Shown here: positions 9,599 through 19,497 of the stretch, piece after piece
Layout of the letters: each line of letters begins with the position of its first letter
Numbering within the stretch: the stretch's first letter is position 1
Origin: an uncultured Acidobacteriota bacterium
GTDB lineage: Bacteria > Acidobacteriota > Thermoanaerobaculia > UBA5066
DNA: 64,000 bases
NCBI GenBank assembly: GCA_963779415.1
Contig: CAVZYA010000001.1
Span: 1,632,001-1,696,000 of the forward strand
Direction of reading: 5' to 3'
Translations under genes and position numbers: made by a program
Notes under the pieces: model-generated
Database searches by the model: none
What the model saw: the letters and a program-made list of their open reading frames with translations, nothing else
Told to the model about the DNA's origin: nothing

Positions 9599-10662
9599 CG
9601 GGCGTCTCCGCCGTCACCCCCCGTGCCGCCGGCTTTGCGCAGCCGGCCGAGTGGGCGGAGCACCGCGCCGTCTGGATCGCATGGCCGTCGCACGCCGACC
9701 TCTGGGAAGCCACGCTCGAGCCGGTCCGGACGGCGTGGCTCGAGATGGCGGCGGCCGTGGCCGACGTCGACCCGGCGACAGGAGCCGCGCGGGGAGAGCG
9801 CCTCGAAGTGCTCGTTCCGGACGAAGGCCAGGAGAAGGCGGCGCGGCTCCGGATGAAAGGCCTCCCGGCCCGGTTCCACCGGATCCCGTTCGGCGACATC
9901 TGGCTTCGAGACACGGCGCCCGTCTTCGTCCGCGGCGAGGACGGAGTCGCCGCCGTCACCTTCGGATTCAACGGATGGGGCGGGAAGTGGGTCCTTCCGG
10001 ACGACGACCTCGTCTCGGCGCGTGTGGCGCTCGCGGCCCGGATGCGCAGCTTCTCCTTCCCGTGGATTCTGGAAGGAGGATCCGTCGACGTCGACGGCGC
10101 GAGAACCTGCCTGACCACGCGTCCGTGTCTCCTGAATCCGAACCGGAATCCCGGGATGCCGGCGGAGGCCATCGAGGCGGGGCTCCGCGACGCGCTCGGC
10201 TGCGAGACGATCCTCTGGCTCGGCGACGGCCTGAAGAACGATCACACCGACGGACACGTCGACACGATCGCGCGGTTCGTCTCGGAAGGGATTGTCGTCT
10301 GCATGCGCGCGGCCAACGGGAGCGACCCGAACGCCGACGCGCTCCGAACGATCGAGGCCGACCTCAGCTCCTTCCGCGACGCCGCGGGGCGGCGGCTCGA
10401 CGTCGTCGCGGTCCCATCGCCCGGCCTCGTGGAAGGCCAGGACGGCGTTCCTCTGCCGGCGAGCTACGTCAACTTCTTCATCGGAAACCGCGCCGTCGTC
10501 GTCCCGACGTACGGCACCTCGCCCGACGAAGAGGCTCTCCGGGCTCTCGAGCCGCTCTTCCCGGGGCGTCGGGTCGTCGGCGTCCACGCCCGGGACCTCC
10601 TCTCGGGCGGAGGAGCGTGGCATTGCATCACGCAGCAGGAACCGCGAGGATCCGTCCGATGA
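9595..10662 (+). CDS. aguA: Agmatine deiminase
   Basis: QPAEWAEH, DIWLRDTAP, LEGGS, DHTDGHVDT, ASYVNF, GGGAWHCITQQEP; GTGA overlap with the pepQ stop. Confidence 0.92.
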   Translation: MTGVSAVTPRAAGFAQPAEWAEHRAVWIAWPSHADLWEATLEPVRTAWLEMAAAVADVDPATGAARGERLEVLVPDEGQEKAARLRMKGLPARFHRIPFGDIWLRDTAPVFVRGEDGVAAVTFGFNGWGGKWVLPDDDLVSARVALAARMRSFSFPWILEGGSVDVDGARTCLTTRPCLLNPNRNPGMPAEAIEAGLRDALGCETILWLGDGLKNDHTDGHVDTIARFVSEGIVVCMRAANGSDPNADALRTIEADLSSFRDAAGRRLDVVAVPSPGLVEGQDGVPLPASYVNFFIGNRAVVVPTYGTSPDEEALRALEPLFPGRRVVGVHARDLLSGGGAWHCITQQEPRGSVR

Positions 10663-11525
10663 CCGCTTCGCAGACCCTGACCGTCGCCGCCGTCCAGTGC
10701 GCGCTCGGGGGGACCGCCGCCGAGAACGTTCCGAAGGTGGAGCGTCTTGTCCGCGAAGCGGCGCGGAGGGGAGCGCAGGTCGTCCTTCCGCCGGAGCTCT
10801 TCGAGGGGCCCTATTTCTGTCGGGAGGAGAAGGACGACTTCTTTGCGTGGGCCCGTCCCGCCGAGGGACACCCCACGATCCGCCGGTTCCAGGAGATCGC
10901 GCGGGAGCTCTCCGTCGCGATCCCCGTCTCCTTCTTCGAGAAGGCGGGGCCCTCCTACTACAACAGCGTCGCGATGGTCGACGCCGGCGGGGAGGTCCTC
11001 GGGATCTACCGGAAGAGCCACATCCCCGACGGACCGGGCTACGAGGAGAAGTTCTACTTCCGCCCGGGCGGGACGGGCTTCGTGGCGTGGCGGACGAAGA
11101 CGGCCGCTCTCGGCGTCGGAATCTGCTGGGACCAGTGGTTCCCCGAATGCGCGAGGGCTCTCGTCCTCGACGGGGCCGACATTCTTCTCTACCCGACGGC
11201 GATCGGGTCGGAGCCGGAGAACCCGTCGCTCGACACGAAGGAGCGGTGGCAGCGCGCGATGTTGGGCCACGCGGTCTGCAACGTCGTCCCCGTCGTCGCG
11301 GCGAACCGGATCGGCGACGAGGGGGGACAGCTCTTCTACGGCTCTTCCTTCATCGCCGACCACGCCGGCGAAAAGATCGCCGAGATGGGGCGTGACGAGG
11401 AAGGGGTGATCGTCGCGGGGGTAGACCTCGCCGCCGCGCGCGCCGCGCGCGCCTCGTGGGGCTTTTTCCGCGACCGGCGCCCCGACCTCTACAGGGTCCT
11501 GACCACGGGCGACGGGACGCGCTGA
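10659..11525 (+). CDS. aguB: N-carbamoylputrescine amidase
   Basis: Nitrilase triad PELF, RKSHIPDGPGYEEKFYF, ICWDQWFPE, YPTAIGSEP; follows aguA. Confidence 0.93.
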   Translation: MTASQTLTVAAVQCALGGTAAENVPKVERLVREAARRGAQVVLPPELFEGPYFCREEKDDFFAWARPAEGHPTIRRFQEIARELSVAIPVSFFEKAGPSYYNSVAMVDAGGEVLGIYRKSHIPDGPGYEEKFYFRPGGTGFVAWRTKTAALGVGICWDQWFPECARALVLDGADILLYPTAIGSEPENPSLDTKERWQRAMLGHAVCNVVPVVAANRIGDEGGQLFYGSSFIADHAGEKIAEMGRDEEGVIVAGVDLAAARAARASWGFFRDRRPDLYRVLTTGDGTR

Positions 11526-11535
11526 CTCCTTCCGC

Positions 11536-12411
11536 TCAGAAGACCGCCGCCACCTGAAGCCCGCCCCCGCCCTGGAGAAGAAGGGGCGAGACCATGATCC
11601 GCGCGCCGCCGCCGCGAACGTCCTCTCCGCGCCGCCGCCGCTCGTTGAGCGTGACGACCGATCCACCCACCGCCGTCCCGACCAGCGCGCCGACGACGAC
11701 GTCCGAGGCGTAATGCTGGTTGAGATGAATCCGGGCGAGGCCGACGCAGCCGGCGATGAAGAAGGAGGTCACGCGGACCCACGTCTGATCGTAGTGGCCG
11801 GAGATGACGGCGGCGAGGGCGAAGGCCTGCGCCGTGTGGCCCGAAGGCATCGAGACGTTCCCCGAGAAGGGCTGCGCGTACCACGTCGCGTCCGTGGCGC
11901 TGGGGCGGTACCGCCCCACCGTGTACTTCACCGCCGTCGTGATGATGCCGGGAGCGATGAGGCTGGCGGCGAGCGCGTCCACGACGACGCGGCGGGACTT
12001 GGAATCGTCGAAGCCCCATCCGGCGAGGGCGTACGCCCCGATGACCGCCCACGAGTACTCCGCCCCGAACTTCTCGAGGTAAGTCGCGACGTCGTCCCGG
12101 GACGTCGTCCGGCTCCTCTGCGAAGCCTCGCGGATCGGCTGGTCGAGCCCCAGAACGGTCCCCGTCACGACGGCACCGGAGATCCCGAGCTTCAGCCAGT
12201 CTCCGCCGTCCCACCGGACGGGGGACGTCAGGACGTCGCCCGTGTCGAAGATGATCAGCTTCAGAGCTTCGACGAGGTTCTTGTCCGAGATCGGGGCGGC
12301 CGCGGCTGCGGGCGGGGCCGGAGCGGCCTGCGAAGCCTGAGAGTCCTCGGCGCGAAGCGGCGCGGTGGCGAGAAGGGAGCCGCCGAGCAGGATGGCGAGA
12401 CCTCTTCTCAT
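11536..12411 (-). CDS. PAP2-family phosphatase with signal peptide
   Basis: KYTVGRYRP, SMPSGH, ARIHLNQHYASDV. Confidence 0.88.
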   Translation of the reverse strand: MRRGLAILLGGSLLATAPLRAEDSQASQAAPAPPAAAAAPISDKNLVEALKLIIFDTGDVLTSPVRWDGGDWLKLGISGAVVTGTVLGLDQPIREASQRSRTTSRDDVATYLEKFGAEYSWAVIGAYALAGWGFDDSKSRRVVVDALAASLIAPGIITTAVKYTVGRYRPSATDATWYAQPFSGNVSMPSGHTAQAFALAAVISGHYDQTWVRVTSFFIAGCVGLARIHLNQHYASDVVVGALVGTAVGGSVVTLNERRRRGEDVRGGGARIMVSPLLLQGGGGLQVAAVF

Positions 12412-12420
12412 CGAAACATC

Positions 12421-14580
12421 TTACCTCTGCGGGCGCAGCCGCCCGACTCCTTTCTCGGCGAGGAACGTTCCGTCCACGGCCGGGGGGGGCGCGAAGCGCT
12501 CCACGGTCCGGTCGGGCCAGCGGATCGAGATCTCCTTCACCTCGCTGAAGGGACCAAGGCCGAAATGAAGACGTTTGCTCCCGCTGGAGAGGAATCCGCT
12601 CGTCGTCTGGAGCTCCTGCACGAGCCGGCGCCCGTCCGGGAGCGCCACCGTCACGCGCGCGCCGACGGCGGCCCGGTTCGGCCCCGGCTGACGGAGCCAC
12701 ATCGCGAGGTAGTGCTCCCCCGGCCGCCGCGAGCCGAGAAAGAGCGCCTCGGGATGCTGGACGGAGCGGACGTAGACGTCGAGCGAGCCGTCCCCGTCGA
12801 AGTCGGCCAGAACGGCGGCGCGGCCGTTCGAACGGAGCGCGAGACCGTCGAGCCATCCCCGCTCTTCGAAGGACCCGTCGCCCCGGTTCCGGAAGAAGAG
12901 GTGGCGCTCGCTCCCCTGCACGGCCTTCCCCTTCCGGTCGAACGTCTTCGTCCCCGCGATGTAGTCGTCCCAGTAGGCGAGCGTCTCCCACCAGAACTCC
13001 AGCTCGCGGTCCCCCTTCTCTTCGTCGCCCCACATCCCCCCGGCCGCGTAAAGGTCCGGCCGGCCGTCGTCGTCGAGGTCTCCGGCGACGGCGGTCCAGC
13101 ACCAGCCCGCCTTCCCGACCCCGGCGGCTGCCGTCACGTCCTCGAACCGCCCGTCGCCCCTGTTGCGAAGGAGGGAGTTTCCCCGGCACATCTTCTTCAT
13201 CCAGCTCCGGGCGACAGGGAGAAAGAGCCGTCCGGGGAGCGGGAGCGGAAGCCACGGGGCGTCGTGCAGGAAGCCCCACTGCGTGTAGCAGTTCGAGAAA
13301 TGGATGTCGAGCCTCCCGTCCCCGTCGAAGTCTGCGACGGCGGCCGACATGCCGTACCCGCGGTCCTCGGCCCCGGCCCTTCCCGCCACGTCGACGAACC
13401 GCTTGCCTCCCTCGTTGTGGTAGAGGTTCTTCAGCCCGAAGTCGTTCGTCACGACGAGGTCGGGCCACCCGTCGTCGTCGAGGTCCGCGAACTGGGCCGT
13501 CAGCGACCATCGCGTCTCGGCGAGGCCGAAGCGCGCCGTCGCCTCCGTGAAGGTGCCGTCACCGTTGTTCAGGTAGAGCCGGTTCGGTCCGCCGTCGCGC
13601 GCGTCGAAGGGAGGGTCGGGCATCTTCCGGAAGTAGTCCCCCGTCGAGCAGACGAAGAGATCGAGCGTCCCGTTCCCGTCCACGTCCGCGGCCGCCGCGC
13701 CGCGGCTCCGGAAGGTGCTCCGGACGCCGGCACGCTCCGTGACGTCCTCGAACGTCCCGTCGCCGCGATTGTGGAAGAGGTGCGTCGGCCCGAAGTTGTC
13801 GGTCACGAAGAGATCGTCGAAGCCGTCGCCGTCGTAGTCGAAGGCGAGGACACCGGTCGCGGGGACGCCGGCGAGCCCGGCGGCCTCCGTCACGTTCGTG
13901 AAATGGCCGCACCCGTCGTTCCGGTAGAGGATCGACGATCGGCCGTCCGCGACGAAGAGGTCCTCGTGCCCGTCTCCGTCGATGTCGAGAACGGCGACGC
14001 CGGAGCCGGGCCAGATCCCCTCGATCAGATGGTTCACCGCGGAGACATCGGGGTCGCTGCGCTCCGCGCCGAGGCCGGCCTCGGCCGTCGCGTCCCGGAA
14101 GCGGGGATGGCTCTCGCGCCTCTCCACGGCCTGTTTCACCCAGCCGTCGTCGAGAACCTCCGTCCGCTCGCGTCTTCCCCCCGACATCGAGACGCGCACC
14201 GGGACGACCGCCGACCGTTCGACCCGGGCCCCGTCCCGGGCGACGCCGCCGACCGTGAAGGTGACGCGCGCCTCCATGGCGCCGCCGAGATCGCGGGCCG
14301 CCAGCGTGTCGTACTCGACGAAAGCGACGCGGGAGAGGTCCTTTCGCGCCCACGCCACGAGCGTCTCCGTCCCGGTGAGCCCCGGTGTCTCCGGTCGGCC
14401 CGTGCGGGCCGCGAGGCGAAGATCGTCGAGTCCGTCCCGCAGCGCCTCGAGGCGCCGCATCTCCGGCACGAACCGGGCCCGGAGGCGCGTCACCGAGCCG
14501 TTGAACCAGAGCCAGACGGCGCCGGCTCCCAGCGCGGCCGCGAGAATGGCGAGGAGAATCGAACGCCGGCGCGGCCTCAT
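12421..14580 (-). CDS. CRTAC1-family protein (FG-GAP repeats plus ASPIC/UnbV domain)
   Basis: Repeated DxDGDGxxDL motifs, FxDVTxxAG, C-terminal NRAAVGARV...LHFGLG...IRWP. Confidence 0.88.
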   Translation of the reverse strand: MRPRRRSILLAILAAALGAGAVWLWFNGSVTRLRARFVPEMRRLEALRDGLDDLRLAARTGRPETPGLTGTETLVAWARKDLSRVAFVEYDTLAARDLGGAMEARVTFTVGGVARDGARVERSAVVPVRVSMSGGRRERTEVLDDGWVKQAVERRESHPRFRDATAEAGLGAERSDPDVSAVNHLIEGIWPGSGVAVLDIDGDGHEDLFVADGRSSILYRNDGCGHFTNVTEAAGLAGVPATGVLAFDYDGDGFDDLFVTDNFGPTHLFHNRGDGTFEDVTERAGVRSTFRSRGAAAADVDGNGTLDLFVCSTGDYFRKMPDPPFDARDGGPNRLYLNNGDGTFTEATARFGLAETRWSLTAQFADLDDDGWPDLVVTNDFGLKNLYHNEGGKRFVDVAGRAGAEDRGYGMSAAVADFDGDGRLDIHFSNCYTQWGFLHDAPWLPLPLPGRLFLPVARSWMKKMCRGNSLLRNRGDGRFEDVTAAAGVGKAGWCWTAVAGDLDDDGRPDLYAAGGMWGDEEKGDRELEFWWETLAYWDDYIAGTKTFDRKGKAVQGSERHLFFRNRGDGSFEERGWLDGLALRSNGRAAVLADFDGDGSLDVYVRSVQHPEALFLGSRRPGEHYLAMWLRQPGPNRAAVGARVTVALPDGRRLVQELQTTSGFLSSGSKRLHFGLGPFSEVKEISIRWPDRTVERFAPPPAVDGTFLAEKGVGRLRPQR

Positions 14581-14590
14581 CCGGCCGTTC

Positions 14591-15307
14591 TCAGTGCTCC
14601 GGGGGCGGGACCGGCGTCTCTCGGACGAAGGGAACGAACCGGACCGGCAGGACGCTCTTCTCCGTATAGCCGCCGCCGAGCCGCGTGATCAGCTTCAGCT
14701 CCTGATAGAAGCCCCCCACCGGGATGACCATCCGTCCCGGCGAGGCGAGCTGTTCGAGGAGCGGAGGAGGGATCCTCTCGGGCGCGGCCGTGACGAGGAT
14801 GCCGTCGAATGGGGCGTGCTCGGGCCATCCCGCGTAGCCGTCGCCCGCCTTCACCTCGGCGTTCGTGATCCCGAGGCTCTTCAGCCGCTCGGCGGCCTCC
14901 TTCGCCAGCTCCGGACGGATCTCGATCGAATAGACCTTCCGGGCGAGGCGCGCGAGAACGGCCGTCTGGTAGCCGGAGCCGGTCCCGATCTCCAGAACGG
15001 TCTCGTCCCCTTTGAGCTTCAGCTGCTCGGTCATGAAAGCGACGATGTAAGGCTGGGAGATCGTCTGGCCGCTTCCGATCGGGAGCGGCCGGTCCTCGTA
15101 CGCGTGAGGGACCTCGGAGGCGGGGACGAAGAGATGGCGCGGGATGTTCCGCATCGCCTCGAGAACGCGTGGATCCTTCACGCCACGAGCGGCGATCTGC
15201 CGCTCCACCATCTCGAGTCGCTTCGGCTCGTTCACGTCAGTGGCCCGGGAACAGCCGGAGATGAGGAGCCCCATCCCGGCGGCAACGGTGAGAATGGCAC
15301 GGCCCAC
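14591..15307 (-). CDS. pcm: Protein-L-isoaspartate O-methyltransferase
   Basis: GQTISQPYIVA, VLEIGTGSGYQTA, GDGYAGWPEHAPFD, VRFVP. Confidence 0.95.
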   Translation of the reverse strand: MGRAILTVAAGMGLLISGCSRATDVNEPKRLEMVERQIAARGVKDPRVLEAMRNIPRHLFVPASEVPHAYEDRPLPIGSGQTISQPYIVAFMTEQLKLKGDETVLEIGTGSGYQTAVLARLARKVYSIEIRPELAKEAAERLKSLGITNAEVKAGDGYAGWPEHAPFDGILVTAAPERIPPPLLEQLASPGRMVIPVGGFYQELKLITRLGGGYTEKSVLPVRFVPFVRETPVPPPEH

Positions 15308-15353
15308 GTCGGGATTCTAGCGAGGGTCATGCCGCCCTCGCGGGAGGACGCCT

Positions 15354-16742
15354 TCAGCCGGGGGGCGGAGGCCCCGTTTCGGGCTCGAACGGCGAGCGCG
15401 ACACGCTCTGGCGGTCGCCCGGCCGCCCGAGGACGAGCGTCATGCGCGAGAAGCGGATCTCCAGGTCGAATTGAGAGAGATACGACATTCCGATGATCCC
15501 GTCCCCGATCGTGTCGCTTCCCTCGTTCACGACGAGGTCCTTGAACCGGACCATGTAGCGGCCGATTCCGAGCGTGATGTCCGAGACCTTCGACCAGGAG
15601 ACCTGCGTCTTGCCGATCCCTTCCAGCGTCACGGGGGCGCTCGGCTTGGAGGACGTGTAGTGGTTCGCCTCGAGCCCTTCGGGGGTCACCATCGTCGGCT
15701 CCGATCCGGTGTCGAGGAGGAAGAGCGACCAGGGCTGGCGGTTGAAGGAGACGCGGACCATCGGCTTCATCCGCTTGAGGAAGAGGTTCTGGTCGGGCCC
15801 GCCTCCCACGACGCCCGACGGAAGGCGGATGGCCTGGAGACGCCGCTCGGACGGTTCGATCCGCCAGTCGAATTCCCTCATGAAGTGGACGCCCAGCACC
15901 CCTTCGGGAGTGAAGAGGCCGAGGGACTCCGTTTCGAACGAGAGGGTGCCGTCCGGCAGGATTCCGAACGGAACGTCCTGGATCGTGAGAGCGCCGATCG
16001 TCAGGCTCCGGGCCCACCCGAAGCGCATCGGGATCTGCTTGTCGTGGAGGCCGCGCGCCGGGGCGACCGCGCCCTCCACCGGCTCGACGCCGAGACGCCG
16101 TGCCGCGGACTCCGTCAGGAGAGACAGGGAGGCCCCGGAGTCGAGGATCATGTCGTTCGTGGCCCGGCCGTTCACCTGGACCGGGAGCCGGATGAGGTTC
16201 GGCTTTCCGAGCCGGAACGGGAGGACGAGCCGCTCTCCGGCCGTGGCCCCACCGTAGATCTTCCGCGCCTCGCCCGAGAGGAGGAACGTGACCCACCCCT
16301 CCGGGATTCCCCGACCCGACAGCCGCGCCGCCTCGGCCCAGCGCGCGGCGTCGCCGAAGTCGCCGCGCCAGTAAGCCGACTGCGAGCGGAGCCACTCCAT
16401 CTCCGCCCGAAGGGACAACCGCTGCGTCCGCGCGATGACCCGACCGGCAAGGAGCTCGGCCGACGGGAAGTCCCCCGACTCCAGCTTCGCCTCGGCGAGA
16501 AGGCGGGCCGCCGTCTCCGGCACCATGTTGCGCCCTCCCTGGCCGGCGAGATAGGCGATCACCTCGGGGATCATTCCCCGCCCCAGCTTCTCCTCGACGT
16601 TGAGCGCGCTGATCGAGTCGGGAACGGCGGGCGGGAGAAGCTCGTGCCGGTAAATCGCGGTCTCCCGCGAGAACGTGCAGGCCGCGAGAAGGAGAAGAGC
16701 CGCCGCCGCGCTCCGGGATCCCGTTCCCCTCAGCACGCACAT
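15354..16742 (-). CDS. Lipoprotein with TPR-like region and two retropepsin-like aspartyl protease domains
   Basis: ILDSGAS...GVLG and LLDTGSE...DGIIG motifs; lipobox LLAAC. Confidence 0.82.
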   Translation of the reverse strand: MCVLRGTGSRSAAAALLLLAACTFSRETAIYRHELLPPAVPDSISALNVEEKLGRGMIPEVIAYLAGQGGRNMVPETAARLLAEAKLESGDFPSAELLAGRVIARTQRLSLRAEMEWLRSQSAYWRGDFGDAARWAEAARLSGRGIPEGWVTFLLSGEARKIYGGATAGERLVLPFRLGKPNLIRLPVQVNGRATNDMILDSGASLSLLTESAARRLGVEPVEGAVAPARGLHDKQIPMRFGWARSLTIGALTIQDVPFGILPDGTLSFETESLGLFTPEGVLGVHFMREFDWRIEPSERRLQAIRLPSGVVGGGPDQNLFLKRMKPMVRVSFNRQPWSLFLLDTGSEPTMVTPEGLEANHYTSSKPSAPVTLEGIGKTQVSWSKVSDITLGIGRYMVRFKDLVVNEGSDTIGDGIIGMSYLSQFDLEIRFSRMTLVLGRPGDRQSVSRSPFEPETGPPPPG

Positions 16743-18469
16743 GCGACGAGGACGGTCTGGTCGTCGTATTGGGCGACGCCGCGCGTGAACTCTGAGACGG
16801 CTTCGAAGATTCCGTTCGAGACGATGGCGGGCGAGACGCCGTCCGACCCCCGAACGAGCGCGACGAGCCGGTCCATCCCGAATTCCTCGTCGGCCCCGTT
16901 CACCGCCTCGGTGATGCCGTCGGAATAGAGGACGAGGGTGTCGCCGGGAACGAGGGAGACGACGGATTCCCGGAAGACGGCGTCGGGGAGGATTCCGATC
17001 GGCGGCCCGCCGCTCGGCAGGAGGGTGACCTCGCGCCCGGCGAGGCGAACGCCGGGGTTGTGCCCCGCGTTCACGTACCGGACCTCGTGCAGGAGCGGGT
17101 CGTAGACGGCGAAGAAGAGCGTGACGAATTTTCGCGTGGAGCTGAAGCCGAGCAGGTGCCGGTGAACCCGCGAAACGAAGCCCGGCAGGTCGGCCACGCC
17201 GGTGTCCAGGAGGATCCGGAGGCAGGCATGGACGGTCGAGACCAGGAGCGCGGCCGGCACCCCTTTGCCCGCCACGTCGGCCACGCAGAAGGCGGTGCGG
17301 CCGTCGGGGAGCGGAAAGACGTCGTAGTAGTCCCCACCGACCTGCCTCGTCGGCCGGTTTCCTCCGGCGAGCCGGAGCCCCGGGACGACGGGGAGCGAGA
17401 CGGGGAGAATCGTCTGCTGGATGGAGGCGGCCAGCTCGACCTCCCGCTCCATCCGCTCCTTCTCGACGGCCTCACGGTGGAGGCGGGCATTCTCGAGCGC
17501 GATCGCGGCCTGGTTCCCGAAGAGCGAGAGGATCCGCTCGTCTCCGATCGTGAAGTCGTCCACGCCCCCCGACCGGTTCTCCTTGTCCGCCACGACGAGA
17601 ACGCCGAGGGGGCGTCCGTCGGCCACGATCGGAGAGAGGAGGAGCTTCTCCGCGGGCGCGTCCGCCAGCGCGCCGATCCGCTCCTCTCGCCTGTTCCACC
17701 GGCAGGCGTGGTCCGGAAGCTCGGCGAGCACCTCCGGCCCGGCGAGCGGCGCCCCGAAGTGCTTGACGAGGACCCCGTCCTCGATGTCGCCTCCCGAGGT
17801 ACGAACGATGAGCGTCCCGGTCCGGGCATTCAGAAGCGAGATCGACTTGAGGAGGATGTCGTCGGCGAGCGAATCGAGGTCGAGGGTCCCGGCGATCGAG
17901 AGGCCGACGTCGTAAAGGCTCTGAAGCTCCCAGACCCGGTACTTGAGCTCGAAGTCGGCCTTCGAGACGCGCTCCGACATCCGGACGACCGCGAGGATCG
18001 AGGCGGCGTGAGCGGCGACCGAGGCAAAGCCCACCGGGTCCTCGGGAGGCCTGTCGATGAGGACGAGGGCCAGCGTCTCGTCCCGGGCCGTCAGGGGGAT
18101 GACGCGGGGATCGGGCGCCGGGGCGAGGATCTCCTCGGCGAGCCCTTCGGCGAGCCCGGTCGCGAGTGGCCCGACCCTCTCGAGATATTGCTCGAGGCGC
18201 GCAAGGAGGGGATCCGCAGGAGAGACATTGAGGGCCGCCCGGCGTCGCGGGTGGAGCGGGTCGACGGCGAGGCCGCGGTCGGCTCCGGATCCGAGCAGAA
18301 GCGCCGCGAGAACATGGTCCAGCGGCGTCTCGGTCGCGGAGGGATCGATCGCGGCGAGACGCCTGTGAGCGCCGAGGATGTCGGCGGCCCCGGGCCTCCC
18401 GCCGGCCCTAATCGGTCTCCCCGCGGAGCCAGGCGACGGCGGGTTCGGATGCGGCGAAGATCCGCGCAT
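16730..18469 (-). CDS. GAF plus PP2C (SpoIIE/RsbU-like) phosphatase; start uncertain
   Basis: VGGDYYD, ADVAGKGVPAAL, NAGHNP, YSDGITEA, DDQT. Confidence 0.88.
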   Translation of the reverse strand: MRGSSPHPNPPSPGSAGRPIRAGGRPGAADILGAHRRLAAIDPSATETPLDHVLAALLLGSGADRGLAVDPLHPRRRAALNVSPADPLLARLEQYLERVGPLATGLAEGLAEEILAPAPDPRVIPLTARDETLALVLIDRPPEDPVGFASVAAHAASILAVVRMSERVSKADFELKYRVWELQSLYDVGLSIAGTLDLDSLADDILLKSISLLNARTGTLIVRTSGGDIEDGVLVKHFGAPLAGPEVLAELPDHACRWNRREERIGALADAPAEKLLLSPIVADGRPLGVLVVADKENRSGGVDDFTIGDERILSLFGNQAAIALENARLHREAVEKERMEREVELAASIQQTILPVSLPVVPGLRLAGGNRPTRQVGGDYYDVFPLPDGRTAFCVADVAGKGVPAALLVSTVHACLRILLDTGVADLPGFVSRVHRHLLGFSSTRKFVTLFFAVYDPLLHEVRYVNAGHNPGVRLAGREVTLLPSGGPPIGILPDAVFRESVVSLVPGDTLVLYSDGITEAVNGADEEFGMDRLVALVRGSDGVSPAIVSNGIFEAVSEFTRGVAQYDDQTVLVACAC

Positions 18470-18770
18470 ATTGCGCCAGACCCATGATCTGGAAAGTCTT
18501 TTCGATCGTCGGGGTGAGACGGCAGAAAGCGAGGCGGCCACCGGAATCGAGGAGCTTCTCGAGAATCTCGATGAGGATGGAGATGCCGATGGAGTTCACG
18601 ATCTTCGTCTTCTCGAGATCGAGGAGGAGACGGTTGACGCCGCTTCCCATCAACGCGTACGCCTGCCGGGCGATCTCCTCGCCACCGGCGTTGTTGATGT
18701 AGCCGTCCGTCCTCAGGATCGCGACCGTCGCGTCCGGGCGCTCCACCGTGACTTTGAGGATCTCGCTCAT
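18408..18770 (-). CDS. STAS-domain anti-sigma factor antagonist (RsbV-like)
   Basis: LLLDLEKTKIVNSIGISIL with phospho-acceptor Ser; TFQIMGL. Confidence 0.88.
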   Translation of the reverse strand: MSEILKVTVERPDATVAILRTDGYINNAGGEEIARQAYALMGSGVNRLLLDLEKTKIVNSIGISILIEILEKLLDSGGRLAFCRLTPTIEKTFQIMGLAQYARIFAASEPAVAWLRGETD

Positions 18771-18795
18771 GTTCCTCTTCCCCGCGACCGTCCCG

Positions 18796-19230
18796 TCAGC
18801 GGTATTTCCTCATGATGATGCGCGTTCCGCGCATGCCACTCTCGATCCGGACATCGTCCATCAGGCTCTCGATGATTCGGATTCCCCAGCCGCGCTTACG
18901 CCTCGACTTCAGCTTCGCCGCGATCTCGGGCGTCTCGAGGCGGGAGGGGTCGAAGCCGCGCCCGGCGTCGGAGACGTCCACCTCGAGGTACGGACGGCCG
19001 CTGTCGTCCCCCTCCGAGCCGATCCGGAACTCGATCTCCACCTTCCGGTCGGGCGTCTGGCTGTGCTCGAAGGCGTTGATGCAGGCCTCGGCGACGGCCA
19101 TCTTGACCTCGTCTATCTTGTCGCGGCCCATCTCCATCCACTCCCCGAGGGCCGCAACCTGAGCCATCGCCGCGATCTCCATCTCCGGCGCGATGGGGAT
19201 CGTCAGATGCACTTCGCGCCTCGAGGACAT
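18796..19230 (-). CDS. Anti-sigma factor Ser kinase (RsbW-like HATPase)
   Basis: MAVAEACINAFEH, DAGRGFD, RGWGIRIIESLMD. Confidence 0.9.
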   Translation of the reverse strand: MSSRREVHLTIPIAPEMEIAAMAQVAALGEWMEMGRDKIDEVKMAVAEACINAFEHSQTPDRKVEIEFRIGSEGDDSGRPYLEVDVSDAGRGFDPSRLETPEIAAKLKSRRKRGWGIRIIESLMDDVRIESGMRGTRIIMRKYR

Positions 19231-19246
19231 CGGCTGGGGGACCTCC

Positions 19247-19453
19247 CTAGAACATCAGGAGCGCGCGGAACAGGATGACGGCAACCTCGGGCATCTTACC
19301 CGACGCGCTCACGAGGGCGAAGGCGGCGGCCTGAAGCGAGAGAACCAGAAGCAGCCGCGCCTGAAGTGACGTCTCCCCCGTGGCTTCCGAAGACGCCACG
19401 TCCGATTCGCTCACAAACGGAGCCAAGGTGGTTCTGGTTGTCGCTCTTTCCAT
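19247..19453 (-). CDS. Small hydrophobic hypothetical protein (68 aa)
   Basis: ATG with GGAGA SD, just downstream of a sigma-54 promoter; hydrophobic C-terminal half. Confidence 0.55.
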   Translation of the reverse strand: MERATTRTTLAPFVSESDVASSEATGETSLQARLLLVLSLQAAAFALVSASGKMPEVAVILFRALLMF

Positions 19454-19481
19454 TTCGTCTCCGGGCTTCTATCCACGTGAC

Positions 19482-19497
19482 AGCAAGGCGCAGGCCA
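19482..19497 (-). promoter_or_regulatory. Sigma-54 -24/-12 promoter
   Basis: Minus strand TGGCCTGCGCCTTGCT (GG-N10-GC), with an AT-rich ~190-bp upstream region and an adjacent bEBP gene. Confidence 0.7.

Noticed and set aside
7951-10662. 903-aa apparent PepQ-agmatine deiminase fusion
   Set aside because: Produced by the pepQ frameshift; the middle is off-frame nonsense and pepQ has its own stop at 9598
11713-14688. 991-aa antisense ORF and similar long Arg/Pro-rich ORFs throughout the window
   Set aside because: Antisense shadows of high-GC genes with no recognisable motifs
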